IMG/VR virus record: IMGVR_UViG_3300021387_001464
Span: 47,679-111,678 of that record
Strand: one strand, 5' to 3'
DNA: 64,000 nt
DNA from: a virus
Taxonomy: Duplodnaviria > Caudoviricetes
This document shows, piece after piece, positions 16,896 through 27,000 of this stretch (positions within the stretch are counted from its first letter, which is position 1; every line of letters begins with the position of its first letter). A program made the position numbers and the translations under genes. The notes beneath the pieces are model-generated. The model made no database searches, had not been told where the DNA came from, and saw nothing but the letters and a program-made list of their open reading frames with translations.

Positions 16896-17004
16896 GGTTT
16901 CGTCCTCGCAAGATGGAGTGGTCGTATCGCCATACGGCATTGCACCCACCCATTCCGCAGGGCACGGTAACTGTCCAAAGATACTGATAGAGTATAATAT
17001 ATAA
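16879..17004 (+). CDS. mini-TRD module M15 (ATC where the other modules have ATG)
   Basis: (I)ILTGKVSSSQDGVVVSPYGIAPTHSAGHGNCPKILIEYNI; paralogue of M1 and M6. Confidence 0.6.
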   Translation: MILTGKVSSSQDGVVVSPYGIAPTHSAGHGNCPKILIEYNI

Positions 17005-17046
17005 CAAATTCAATTTATTTATTCACAAAACAAAAAAGTAACGATT

Positions 17047-17619
17047 ATGGCAAACTTTTCAGGCAACATCAATCTACTTGGCTTCAAGGGAGCCAAAGTG
17101 TTCACCAACCTCGACGCACAGCGACCGCAGATCGCCTACGTGTGCATCCCAGTAAACTACAACGACATCCAGCTGTCGCAGGACGGCAGGTACGCCAACG
17201 CCCGCGTCTTCATGGCCGAGACCAACGACAAGTTCCGGCAAGCCTGCATACAGCGCAAGCAGCAGTCGGGCGACAGCATGGAAGGCTACATGCCACCCTC
17301 GCACCAGATGGAAGTGTCGTTCTCGCCCGAGTTCCGCCAGCGAGCCCTCGAAGCCGCCCGCAAGCGACTCCTGAGCGAGCACCCCGAATGGACGGGCGCC
17401 GACCTCGAAGACCCCGAGCGCAACACCGACCTGCGCAACGCCATGTACGACGCCGTGCGCTGCCGACTGGGAAGCATGTACTGCCACCAGCGCCAGTCAG
17501 CCGCGCCCGCCGCAGCAGCCCCCGCCACCGCCACCGCCGCACAGGGCGCACAAGGCTGGACTCCGCAGGACGGCCAGCCGTTCCCAGCACAGGAGGAGAA
17601 CGATGACCTGCCATTTTGA
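17047..17619 (+). CDS. putative single-stranded DNA-binding protein
   Basis: Ala/Gln-rich linker and acidic C-terminal DDLPF tip. Confidence 0.55.
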   Translation: MANFSGNINLLGFKGAKVFTNLDAQRPQIAYVCIPVNYNDIQLSQDGRYANARVFMAETNDKFRQACIQRKQQSGDSMEGYMPPSHQMEVSFSPEFRQRALEAARKRLLSEHPEWTGADLEDPERNTDLRNAMYDAVRCRLGSMYCHQRQSAAPAAAAPATATAAQGAQGWTPQDGQPFPAQEENDDLPF

Positions 17620-17692
17620 GGGCTGAGGGCTGAGGGCTGATGGCTGATGTAGGGGTCGCCTCTTGCGAAGCGCCCCGAAACAAGAAAAGGAG

Positions 17693-17727
17693 TGTCCGCG
17701 TAGTTGCGGGCACTCTTTTTAATTTTG
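17693..17727 (+). promoter_or_regulatory. phage-type promoter TGTCCG-N21-TAATTTTG
   Basis: exact 21-nt spacer; heads the tail operon. Confidence 0.75.
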
Positions 17728-17750
17728 TACCCAACAAGACACGAATAGAT

Positions 17751-18785
17751 ATGTTTGGACAGAAATCGACACGACAAATCGACCTGCATCTGCCTACGGG
17801 CTGGAACCGCTGCACCACGGAGGAGCTGGAAGCCATCGCCGCCGCCATCATTCAGGAGCAGCAGCGAGTAGATAGATACCACCCCTTCGACTGGAGTAGG
17901 GTGAAGCTGAACGTCGCCCTTTCCATTAACGATATATCGACATATCGACATAACGATATATCGAAGGACGACGAAAGCACTTGGCTCGTAAAGCGCCCGC
18001 AGGACAAGGAGCCGTGGCCTATCACCATGGGGCAGCTGGTGGCACTGACCGAGCGGCTGGCGTGGATAGACGACGAGAAGGCGGATAAGACGATCTTCCA
18101 GTTCCCGTATAATTCATTGAACATTGAACATGGAACATTGAACATTAAAGTTCAAGGTCCCCCGCCACTGCTCGACGGCTACACCTGGAACGAGTACCGC
18201 CTGCTGACCGACTGGATGCAGGCGTATATGCGGCATAGCAATGCCATAGTGAAAATGAAGAATGAAGAATTAAGAATGAAGAATCAGGAGGCGGCGGCGC
18301 AGGCACAGCGGGAGTTCCTGGCTATCCTGTTCAAACCCTGCGAAAAATCGCAGGGGACAGCAGCTGTGAATGATGGCGGCGGCAGCAAAAAAATGTTCAA
18401 TGTTCAACGTTCAATGTTCAATGTTCAATGTTCAATGTTCAATGCTCAATCTTCAATGTTCAATGTTCAATGTTCAATGTTCAATGATTTCGACCCCGTA
18501 AAATGGCAGGTCATCCTCTTCTGGTGGTCGTCGCTCATGTCGATGCTTGCGAAGAAGTTCCCCAAGGTATTCAAGCAGCAGCCCGTGGGCAAGGGCAAAC
18601 GCCGCCCGCAGCAGCAGGACACCCCGTGGGACTTTTACAACCGCGTGACCGCCACGATACAGAAATACATCGGCGGCCTCTCCGAGCAGGACGTGAACAA
18701 CGCTACCTATGGCACCATCCTGCAACAGCTGGAGATGATGGCCGACGAGGCAGCGGAAATGGAAAAACTGAAAATGAAAAAGTAA
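17751..18785 (+). CDS. hypothetical virion-morphogenesis-region protein with four in-frame heptamer-repeat insertions
   Basis: ATG 17751 lies downstream of the promoter; repeat-derived peptides NDISTYRH, NIEHGTLNI, MKNEELRMKN and (MFNVQCS)n. Confidence 0.7.
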   Translation: MFGQKSTRQIDLHLPTGWNRCTTEELEAIAAAIIQEQQRVDRYHPFDWSRVKLNVALSINDISTYRHNDISKDDESTWLVKRPQDKEPWPITMGQLVALTERLAWIDDEKADKTIFQFPYNSLNIEHGTLNIKVQGPPPLLDGYTWNEYRLLTDWMQAYMRHSNAIVKMKNEELRMKNQEAAAQAQREFLAILFKPCEKSQGTAAVNDGGGSKKMFNVQRSMFNVQCSMFNAQSSMFNVQCSMFNDFDPVKWQVILFWWSSLMSMLAKKFPKVFKQQPVGKGKRRPQQQDTPWDFYNRVTATIQKYIGGLSEQDVNNATYGTILQQLEMMADEAAEMEKLKMKK

Positions 18786-18791
18786 AAAGAT

Positions 18792-21389
18792 ATGCACAGC
18801 CACTTAGACATTCAAGTAAACGGCAAGAGCCTGGTGATACCCGAGGACTCTTCGCTGAGTGCGGAAGAGAAGAATCCGTTGTTCAACGACGTGACGTTCT
18901 TCTCGTACCCGATGCAGATACCCGTAGGGGGCAACCGCGAGGTGCTGAAGAACATTGCCCACCGCGACAGTAATATGCGGGCAATGGACTTGGAGCACGC
19001 TGATGCCCGTATCTTTGCCGACGGACTGCCACTGAACAGCGGACAGGTCATCACGCAGGACGGCTCGGAAATCAAGGACACCTTCGAGTTCAACATCGAC
19101 GCCCAGCAGCAAAGTTTCTCGGAGCTGATAGGCGATATGGAGTGCCGCGACGTGGATATCAGCGAGAAGCATATCGTGATAGGCGAGAAGTTGGGACGTA
19201 TGAAGGTGACGGGCAGTATTCTTTTTGAGGAACTGCGTAACCACTACCTCGACGGCGACTTCAAAGACCAGACGGTGTTGTGGGCAAGTCGTAACGACCA
19301 GTTTGAGCATACACTGGAGTCGCCGCAGGCGCTGGGTTTCTCTATCTACGGCAGGACGCAAGGTTTTCCTGAGGCGGTGCGCTGGCGCGAGACGGGTGCG
19401 CCGATGATTACCGAGGACTTCACGAACGTCACCGAGCCTTATCCCACGTCGCCGTTCTGTAACGTCCGTGCGGCCTACGCCCACAACGACGGCGACGGCG
19501 GTACGGTGAGAGGTAACAGCAAGGGTAGCGACCCCGAGGACTACGGCCAGTATTGGTGTCTGCCGGCAGCCCGTCAGCAGAGTGGTGTGTGCTTCTACGT
19601 GCTGTTCTTTCTGGACTGTCTGTTCGAGCAGTTGGGCGTGATATTCAACAAGGACGAGCTGCTGGCGGTGGAAGACCTGAAGCGCGTGTTCTTCTACACC
19701 ACGCTGTGTCGTTACGACGAGGTGAGCACGAACAGGAAGTTAAGGAACGGCGACATACAGAAGTGGCTCGACTCGCGCGACTGCGGCGGCAAGCTGGGGC
19801 TTACCATTCATGCCGGTCACGCCAAGCGGGGTAGGGAAAAGTACGACGACGACGGATCAGGATGGCTTCCGAGAGAGCAGGGCTTTTCGGAGCTGGATGA
19901 AAGTTACGAGATACCCTATGGGCAACCTTACGACGGCTCGTGGGTGTTTCATTATATGCGCTATAATGCAGACGACGATGCTCACTATGTGCGCCATATC
20001 CATACTAACCTCGACGTGGAGACGGAGGTGGTGGACATGATTGCCAACAGCGACTGCTTCCCCGACGCCTCGGTGAGCAGTGTCATCAAGTCGCTGGAGG
20101 CATCGTTCGGCATCCGCTTCCTGTACGACCCTGAGAAGCGCATCGTCACCGCCCGCCTGCTGCGTAATATCTATAAGGAACAGGTGCTGCGCTCGTTCAA
20201 TGGCAAGGTGCTGTCGATGACACCCGTCAACGAGAAGATAACGGGAGTGCGTGTAGGGTATAGTGCCGAGAGCGACAGCAAGGATCAACAGAAAAACGTG
20301 CGCTACGGCATCAAGGACTACGATACGGAGTTCGACTACATCGACTTCCCCAAAGACCGTACCGTGACCGACAAGACCTATCAGCAGCTGGTGACGGAGC
20401 AGGACATCATCACCAACGACAACCGCAGGGTGTATATCGACCGCCAGACGGGCGACTGCTACCGCATCAAGATTGACGCCGACGCTACCGACACCTACTC
20501 CATGCACCCTGTGTTGTTTCAAGTAGCGCAGTGGAAGGGCATAGAAGAGGGTGACTGCTCGGAGAAGAACAAGGACTACGTGCGGGAGCTTATCAGTGAG
20601 TTCAAGCCGCTGTCGCAGAACATCATCAACGCCCGCGACTACAACAACGACACCGTAGGCGCTGTGGCCCCGATACTGGCTCCGTATCTGGACGTGGATA
20701 TGGAGCGCGAACTCAGCGAGCAGCGCATCGAGAGCAGTATTCAGGGTATTAAGATACCGGACAACGCCACTTGCGCCTTTGACGATGATGTTACTCTGGC
20801 ACTGAGCGAGACACTGAAACTACGAGAGAGCTACGACCCCACACAGACCGACACGGGCAACTCGCCGCTGCAGGACTTGGACTGGGGTCTGACCATCGGC
20901 ATCATGCGCGGCGGCGGCAACAATGCCGGCATCGAGAACTACCAACAAAATTACGATGGTTTTGGCAACGACAAGTGGCGTCACACGGTAGGCACCTATG
21001 CCGTCTATAGCGACTGCCTGACGCAGAAGGGCGAGCCTTTCGACTACAACGGACAGGACGAGGGCTTGGGCGGAGAACACTTCTCGCTGCAAATACGCTC
21101 ATGGCAGCAACCGTCGTGGGCTGACGCACCGATTATCATTGCCGACAAGGAGGTGATGAACCGTGGACTGTACGACACCTTCCTGCATCCTCATGCCTAC
21201 TTCCTGCTACACCGCAAGCCGTACAAGGTAAAGGTGCTGGCGACGATGGCGCAGTTGCTCGACATCCGTAACCACTGGTCGGATAAGTTCGTCATCGACG
21301 GCAAGGTGGGATGGATTAACGCCATTAAGTATAACATTGAGAAGGCCACGGGCGTCAGCGAGGCTGAACTGGAGTTCTATTCATTATAA
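18792..21389 (+). CDS. putative tail/baseplate structural protein
   Basis: 865 aa; N-terminal EKNPLF...FSYP motif seen in Bacteroidetes siphovirus tail proteins; position in operon. Confidence 0.55.
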   Translation: MHSHLDIQVNGKSLVIPEDSSLSAEEKNPLFNDVTFFSYPMQIPVGGNREVLKNIAHRDSNMRAMDLEHADARIFADGLPLNSGQVITQDGSEIKDTFEFNIDAQQQSFSELIGDMECRDVDISEKHIVIGEKLGRMKVTGSILFEELRNHYLDGDFKDQTVLWASRNDQFEHTLESPQALGFSIYGRTQGFPEAVRWRETGAPMITEDFTNVTEPYPTSPFCNVRAAYAHNDGDGGTVRGNSKGSDPEDYGQYWCLPAARQQSGVCFYVLFFLDCLFEQLGVIFNKDELLAVEDLKRVFFYTTLCRYDEVSTNRKLRNGDIQKWLDSRDCGGKLGLTIHAGHAKRGREKYDDDGSGWLPREQGFSELDESYEIPYGQPYDGSWVFHYMRYNADDDAHYVRHIHTNLDVETEVVDMIANSDCFPDASVSSVIKSLEASFGIRFLYDPEKRIVTARLLRNIYKEQVLRSFNGKVLSMTPVNEKITGVRVGYSAESDSKDQQKNVRYGIKDYDTEFDYIDFPKDRTVTDKTYQQLVTEQDIITNDNRRVYIDRQTGDCYRIKIDADATDTYSMHPVLFQVAQWKGIEEGDCSEKNKDYVRELISEFKPLSQNIINARDYNNDTVGAVAPILAPYLDVDMERELSEQRIESSIQGIKIPDNATCAFDDDVTLALSETLKLRESYDPTQTDTGNSPLQDLDWGLTIGIMRGGGNNAGIENYQQNYDGFGNDKWRHTVGTYAVYSDCLTQKGEPFDYNGQDEGLGGEHFSLQIRSWQQPSWADAPIIIADKEVMNRGLYDTFLHPHAYFLLHRKPYKVKVLATMAQLLDIRNHWSDKFVIDGKVGWINAIKYNIEKATGVSEAELEFYSL

Positions 21390-21491
21390 TAAACAGCGGT
21401 AGCAAATTTTTCACTTTTCACTTTTTACTTTTCACTTATCACTTTTCACTTTTCATTTTTCACTTTTCACTTATCACTTATCACTTAAACT

Positions 21492-22643
21492 ATGGCACAA
21501 GCAATATCACTCATCAGCGGTTCGCCGCTCATCGGCAGTCCGATAGTCTATCGGGTAGTACCGGCTGCATACGGCGACAATCGCACGTTTCACCGCATCA
21601 TCGTTCGCGTCTATGCCAAATTAGAGACCGACGAGGACTACACCACCTTCGACTTCTCCACACCCGTAGAGACCAAGACGGCGAACGGCGTGACTACTAC
21701 GCAGCCGTCGCTGTTCGACATCTCGTCGGCTCTGCAAGCCGTGGCCGACAAGTATGCGTATGCCGCCACACCGCCAGAGCACTACCCCTACATCCAGTTC
21801 CGCATCGAGGCATGGGACGAGTGGATGATCGACGGCACCATATATCCCGAACAGGATGTGGTGCAGTGGCCGTCAGCGTCCGTTGACCAGCAGCAGTTCT
21901 ACGGCTATGCCTTCATGGGCGCATGGACCGACTTGGAGCGCACGAACGCTATCGAGAGCGAGGGTGTGGAATACCTCGACACGCTGCAGATGTCGCGCAA
22001 GCCCACCAGCAGCCCTGAGATAGTCTTTACAGGCTGCGAGTTCATCTATCCAGACCAGTTCCTACGCTCTATCCTCGACACCGACTACATGAGCGAGGGT
22101 GCCGACCCAAGGTTCGTCAGTGGCGCACCCGACAACGGACCACGCTCGCTCACCTACACCCCGCAAGCCGAGGGCGCAGCCACCATTGGCGGCCACAACA
22201 TCTATGCCGTGCCGCTTCCTGCCGAACGTGGCTATCAGCTGCGCTTCATTAACGGACTGGGCTGCATGGAATCGCTATGCGTGCAGAGCCTGGTAAAGCG
22301 CGAGACGAATATCACCACTGCCAAGCACGCCGTAGCCCGTCAGGAAACACTGAAGAAATTCTCGCGCAGCGTGGTGCGCAAGAGCAACGACCGCGAGACG
22401 TGGGCGCTGACCAGCGGTCCACTTGACGAAGCGTGGGCATCGTGGTACATCCATGAGTTCCTGATGGCCGAGCAGATATGGATAGAGCTCAACTCTCATA
22501 CATCATCCCTCAGCCATCAGACCATCTGGCTACCCTGTCACGTGGTGCCCGAAGAAACCACCGTGCTCGAAGACCGCGAGAAGGCACAGCCCCTGGAGGT
22601 ACAGTTCCGACTGGAGATGGACATCAACGGCTCGCCGATGTAA
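21492..22643 (+). CDS. putative tail protein
   Basis: 383 aa; LRFINGLGCMES motif; tail operon context. Confidence 0.5.
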   Translation: MAQAISLISGSPLIGSPIVYRVVPAAYGDNRTFHRIIVRVYAKLETDEDYTTFDFSTPVETKTANGVTTTQPSLFDISSALQAVADKYAYAATPPEHYPYIQFRIEAWDEWMIDGTIYPEQDVVQWPSASVDQQQFYGYAFMGAWTDLERTNAIESEGVEYLDTLQMSRKPTSSPEIVFTGCEFIYPDQFLRSILDTDYMSEGADPRFVSGAPDNGPRSLTYTPQAEGAATIGGHNIYAVPLPAERGYQLRFINGLGCMESLCVQSLVKRETNITTAKHAVARQETLKKFSRSVVRKSNDRETWALTSGPLDEAWASWYIHEFLMAEQIWIELNSHTSSLSHQTIWLPCHVVPEETTVLEDREKAQPLEVQFRLEMDINGSPM

Positions 22644-22683
22644 CGAAAACGATAACGAAAACGATAACAAAACCAACACAGAT

Positions 22684-23310
22684 ATGTTCAGATTAGATAA
22701 TATTTTAGAACGCTGGGCAGAGCTCTACACGCCCCTCAGCCACAACAGCGCATCCAGCGGTTCGTCCGCTGGAGTAAAAAAAAGTTTCTTCCGCATCGGC
22801 ATGATCGATGCGCAGTCGTACTTCGTGCGCAACTACAACATGATGAACGGCTGCTGCATGGCCTACGCCACCCACATCGAAGCCGAACTGGCACAGCAGA
22901 ACCCCAAGGCCGTCACGTACCGCCACGCCATCTATTTCCTCGTCAAGCAGCAGAACGCACAGGGCAAGACCGACGTCACCGACGAGGACGCCGCCACCGA
23001 GGCCCGCTTCCTTACCGACAACATGGTGCAAGACCTTCTCGCCGTGCTCTGGGCGATGAAAGGCATGGTGGGCGGCAAATCGCTTCCCGCCAGTGCGGTC
23101 AGCGGTTTGCCCGCTGGCGTGTTGCAGTTCATCGAGCAGACCGCCCGCGACCCAGAATACGCCGAAGGCTTGCGCGGCCTCCAGTTGGAAGGCGCTCATT
23201 GGGGCACCATCCCCGGTGTCTTCAACGGCTGGCAGCTCTGCGGCCTGACCATCGAGCAAGTCACCCCTCGTCTGCTCTGTGTGAACCCTGAGAGGTACGT
23301 GAAAGAGTAA
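22684..23310 (+). CDS. hypothetical protein (tail completion-like by position)
   Basis: 208-aa ORF in the structural operon. Confidence 0.5.
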   Translation: MFRLDNILERWAELYTPLSHNSASSGSSAGVKKSFFRIGMIDAQSYFVRNYNMMNGCCMAYATHIEAELAQQNPKAVTYRHAIYFLVKQQNAQGKTDVTDEDAATEARFLTDNMVQDLLAVLWAMKGMVGGKSLPASAVSGLPAGVLQFIEQTARDPEYAEGLRGLQLEGAHWGTIPGVFNGWQLCGLTIEQVTPRLLCVNPERYVKE

Positions 23311-23468
23311 CCATCCGTATCACACACCCCCTTTGATGCGCATCGCACACCCCGTGTGATGCGCATGATTGTTTTTTCAGCCCTCTTACATCTTACATCA
23401 TCCCTCTTACATCTTACATCTTACATCATCCATCGGCCATTAAAACATCAGTCCTCGGCGAAAGCCGT

Positions 23469-23503
23469 TGTCCGTATGTTACTACACCTTTTATATAATT
23501 TTG
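23469..23503 (+). promoter_or_regulatory. phage-type promoter TGTCCG-N21-TAATTTTG
   Basis: exact 21-nt spacer. Confidence 0.75.
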
Positions 23504-23528
23504 TAGCAACAAAAACAAAGATTAGACT

Positions 23529-24068
23529 ATGGCAGGTTACGGAAGAGACGGAAAGGCACTGTTGCCGCTACGGTATGTCACCAACATGTTCAAGGAACAA
23601 ACCTTGAAGCAGTTGAAAGCCAACATGCAGACACAGCGTGTTTGGCCTTACGAGATTTATCCAGGATTCCACACGGTCAATGAATATCGCCGCCAACGTG
23701 GCGAATGGTATGCCAATGGTGAAGGCGTGAAGTCATTTGAAGGTGAGGTTTACGAGGCTGACGAAGATACAGGCATGGTGACGATGGGCTTCCGCTTCAA
23801 CGACTACATGCAGTATGTGGACATCGGTGTAGGCGCAGGCCGTAAGGCAGAGGATGTTGACCGTGCCAAAAACGTAAACTTCAAGCAACGATATATCAAT
23901 AAGTGGCAACCGCGTGCAGGAAAAACCCACCGTCCGGGCATCCGTCCTGAACTGAACCACCTGCTGACACGTCTGGAGGGCTATGTTCAAATGTACTACG
24001 ACGCAAAACTCGACTTCAAAATACTGGAAACTTTTGAAGGCCAGCCTTGGAGTTTCAATATCCTATAA
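23529..24068 (+). CDS. hypothetical structural protein
   Basis: YMQYVDIGVGAG motif; directly precedes the tape measure gene. Confidence 0.55.
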   Translation: MAGYGRDGKALLPLRYVTNMFKEQTLKQLKANMQTQRVWPYEIYPGFHTVNEYRRQRGEWYANGEGVKSFEGEVYEADEDTGMVTMGFRFNDYMQYVDIGVGAGRKAEDVDRAKNVNFKQRYINKWQPRAGKTHRPGIRPELNHLLTRLEGYVQMYYDAKLDFKILETFEGQPWSFNIL

Positions 24069-24092
24069 AACATCACAAAAACAATACAGACT

Positions 24093-27000
24093 ATGGCATC
24101 AAAAAAATCAGAACTCGTCCTTACCTGTAATGCCACCGCGTTGAAAGACGTGATGAATTTCCTAAATAAGCAGTTGGATGACCTTATCCGTAAGCGTGAC
24201 CGACTGAATGCTAAGGGTGTGCAGAACTGGACCGCACAGGATAAGAAAAACTTTAAGCAGTGGGGCGATGATATAGCTGCCATCAACTCGGCAATGCAGA
24301 AAAACCGAGATGAAATGGTAAAGTATGGTCAGGTGATGAAAGACCTGGCAGGCGCAAAAACCAAAGACTTGAAGCGAGCACTCGGCGAGGTAAAGCGAGC
24401 ACTTGACAATATGTCGGCTCGTGACCCTGGACGTGCGCAGTTGGAAGCAGATCTAAAGAAGATACAGCGTCAGATTGATGCAAACACAGTGTCTGTCAAG
24501 AAAAACCAGTCCGCTTGGGGTGCTCTCGGTACGACCATGAAGAACCTCTTTGCCTACGCTGGTATCTTTGCGGGCTTTAACTTGCTGAAATCTAAGTTAG
24601 ACGAAGCATACGAGGCCAACAAGCGGTTCTCTGACTCTATGGCTAACGTCCGTAAGGTGTCGGGATTGACAATGGACGAGATTGGCAAATTGGCCAACAA
24701 CCTGTCGAAGATAGATAGCCGCACAGGACTGGGCGGTTTGATGGAACTCGGGTACACTGGTGCAAAACTCGGCTTCGGCAATTATGGTATCGAAGGTCTG
24801 GAGTCCTTCGCTAAGTCTGCCGTCAAAGTACAGAATGCTTTGAGCGAGGATATGGGTGCCGACGCGATGACTGCCCTGTCAAAGATGGTCGAGGTAATGG
24901 GGCTGATACCGAAGATGGGTGTCGAGCGGGCCATGGACGCTACTGGCTCTGCTATCTTCAAGCTGGCATCCACCTCTACCGCCACGGGTACAAACATTGT
25001 AGAGTTCTCAAAGCGACTGATGGGTTTGGCGAATATCGCTCATATCAGTACGCAGGATTTGTTGGCATTTGGCTCTGCTGCCGACAGTATGGCGTTAATG
25101 CCGGAAGTGGCAGCTACGGCTTTCAACAAACTTATCACCGCCGTACAGAAGCAGCCTAACTTGATTGAGAATGCACTGCATATAGAAAAAGGTACTATCA
25201 GTGACCTTTACCAGACAGGACACATGACCGAAGCCCTCGTGACTATCTTTGAGAAGATGCGCGAGAAGGGTGGCATGAATGCCCTGATGCAATCGGGTGT
25301 ATTCAAGGACCTCGGCTCCGACGGTGCCCGTCTGGTGGCTGTGATGGCTACAATGGCCAACCGCGTCGATATGCTGAACGCCCACCTCGCCGTGTCACGT
25401 CAGGCTTTCGAGGAAGGTACTGCCGTTGCTCAGGAGTACGCTATCCAAATGGACACCGCCGCCGCCTACAGCGAGCGAGCCGCTAACATCTGGGAAAAGG
25501 CATTTGTCAATCCAGAGGGTGTCGATACCGTTAAGGAGTTTACGAAGGCATGGTATGAAGTGTCGAAAGCGCTGACAAGTAATAAGGTTGCTATGGCCGA
25601 AGTTAAATTCCTACTCGGCGGCATACTTGAATTACTAAAAGGTATTCTCTATTTCCTTCCTGCATTGTTGAGCGGCCTTGCCGTACTTGGCGCAGGGCGA
25701 ATGTTCGTGGCACTGCGCTCTGCGCTCGAAATGACACGCCTTTCAGCCGTAGGACTGTCGTTATCGCTCAACGGAATAAAAACAGCATGGACGGCTCTTT
25801 CTGCTGTTGGTAAAGCCAACTGGATAGGTGCTGCTGCCACAGCCCTGTTCATGATTATCGAAGCCTTTGGTATGTTCAACAAGAAGGTGCAGGAAGCCAC
25901 TGGTTATATGAAGGGTTTCAAAAAAGACTTGGGCGACCTGAATGTAGAATACGGTAAAGCAGAATCAGAACTGCGCCGCTACCGTCGAGCCATCGACGAA
26001 GCCAATTCTGGCAGCAAGCAACGTCTGGCCACCATCAACACCTTTAATAGTAAGTTCAAGCCGTACCTGTCGAACCTGCTGACCGAAAAGTCAACGGCGC
26101 TCGACGTAGCCAAGGCATATAACGAAGTCACCAAGGCTATACGTGCAAAGTTGGCAATGCAACTGAAAGAAAAGGACATTGAGAAATATGTTGCACCCCG
26201 TGAGCAGTGGGCCGCCGAGCGTCGCCAGGAATACGAGAAGCGTGCCAACGAAGCGGGTAAAGGTCAGTATGGCTCTACGTGGATTACGGGCTACGCACAG
26301 GACAATCGCAATAAGACGATTGACACGATGGTGCGCGACATCGGCAAGCAGTATTACAACCTGCCGCAGCAGATCATCGACGAGGTATCGAAACAAGCCG
26401 CCGCAGGCAATACCAGTTTCAATAACTACGGCAACATCATCAACAGTCGTTATCTGAAAGACGCTAATGCCTTGCTTGCCGCCAGCAGTTATCTGCGTCA
26501 GGAGCGTTCAGCAGAGAATGCTCTACGCTACACCAACAAGAAGTGGGGACCAGAGCAAAAACTGATTGACGACCTTACTACCCAACAGGACGAGCCGATT
26601 GAGCCACTTGTCCCTGCCCCCGACAAAGACGCTGAGCGTGCCCTCACCAAAGCACAGCGCGAGGAAAAGAAGCACTTGAAAGACCAAATGGAAGAAGCTG
26701 AAAAGGACTCTACCGCTGTCATCAATGCCATTGAGGAGTTCTACCGCTTGCAGGAGAGTGCCGTGGAGCAACTGGTGGCCGACGGCAAGATGACACGCGA
26801 GGAAGCCGACCGTGCGCTGAACTACGTGAAGAACCGCAAGGACTTGATGTTGATGAACGCTCGCCGTGCCATTGCCGGCAAGGACAGCGACTTCGAGAGC
26901 CTGCGCAAGACGATGGGGCAGGATATGCTGCGCCCCGACGACCAGAACTCGCAGCGAGCTATGAACACCGTGCAGACTATCGACGTGGCCGAAGCTGCCC

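Noticed and set aside
12898-17004. Reading the module array as a CRISPR array or as one decayed pseudogene
   Set aside because: The junction motif is short and degenerate, spacing is irregular (about 125-290 bp) and there are no cas genes. Nearly every unit has its own start, a stop just after the same peptide motif, and lesions only at homopolymers, which is unlike random decay.
12898-17004. Invertase-driven shufflon (as in hsdS switching)
   Set aside because: All modules are in the same orientation, with no inverted recombination sites and no recombinase gene in the window.
17640-17750. Upstream extensions in the ORF track (17640, 13373, 5991, 11513, 49062, 52892, 55500, 63837)
   Set aside because: They run through promoters, repeats or neighbouring genes; downstream ATGs have better context.
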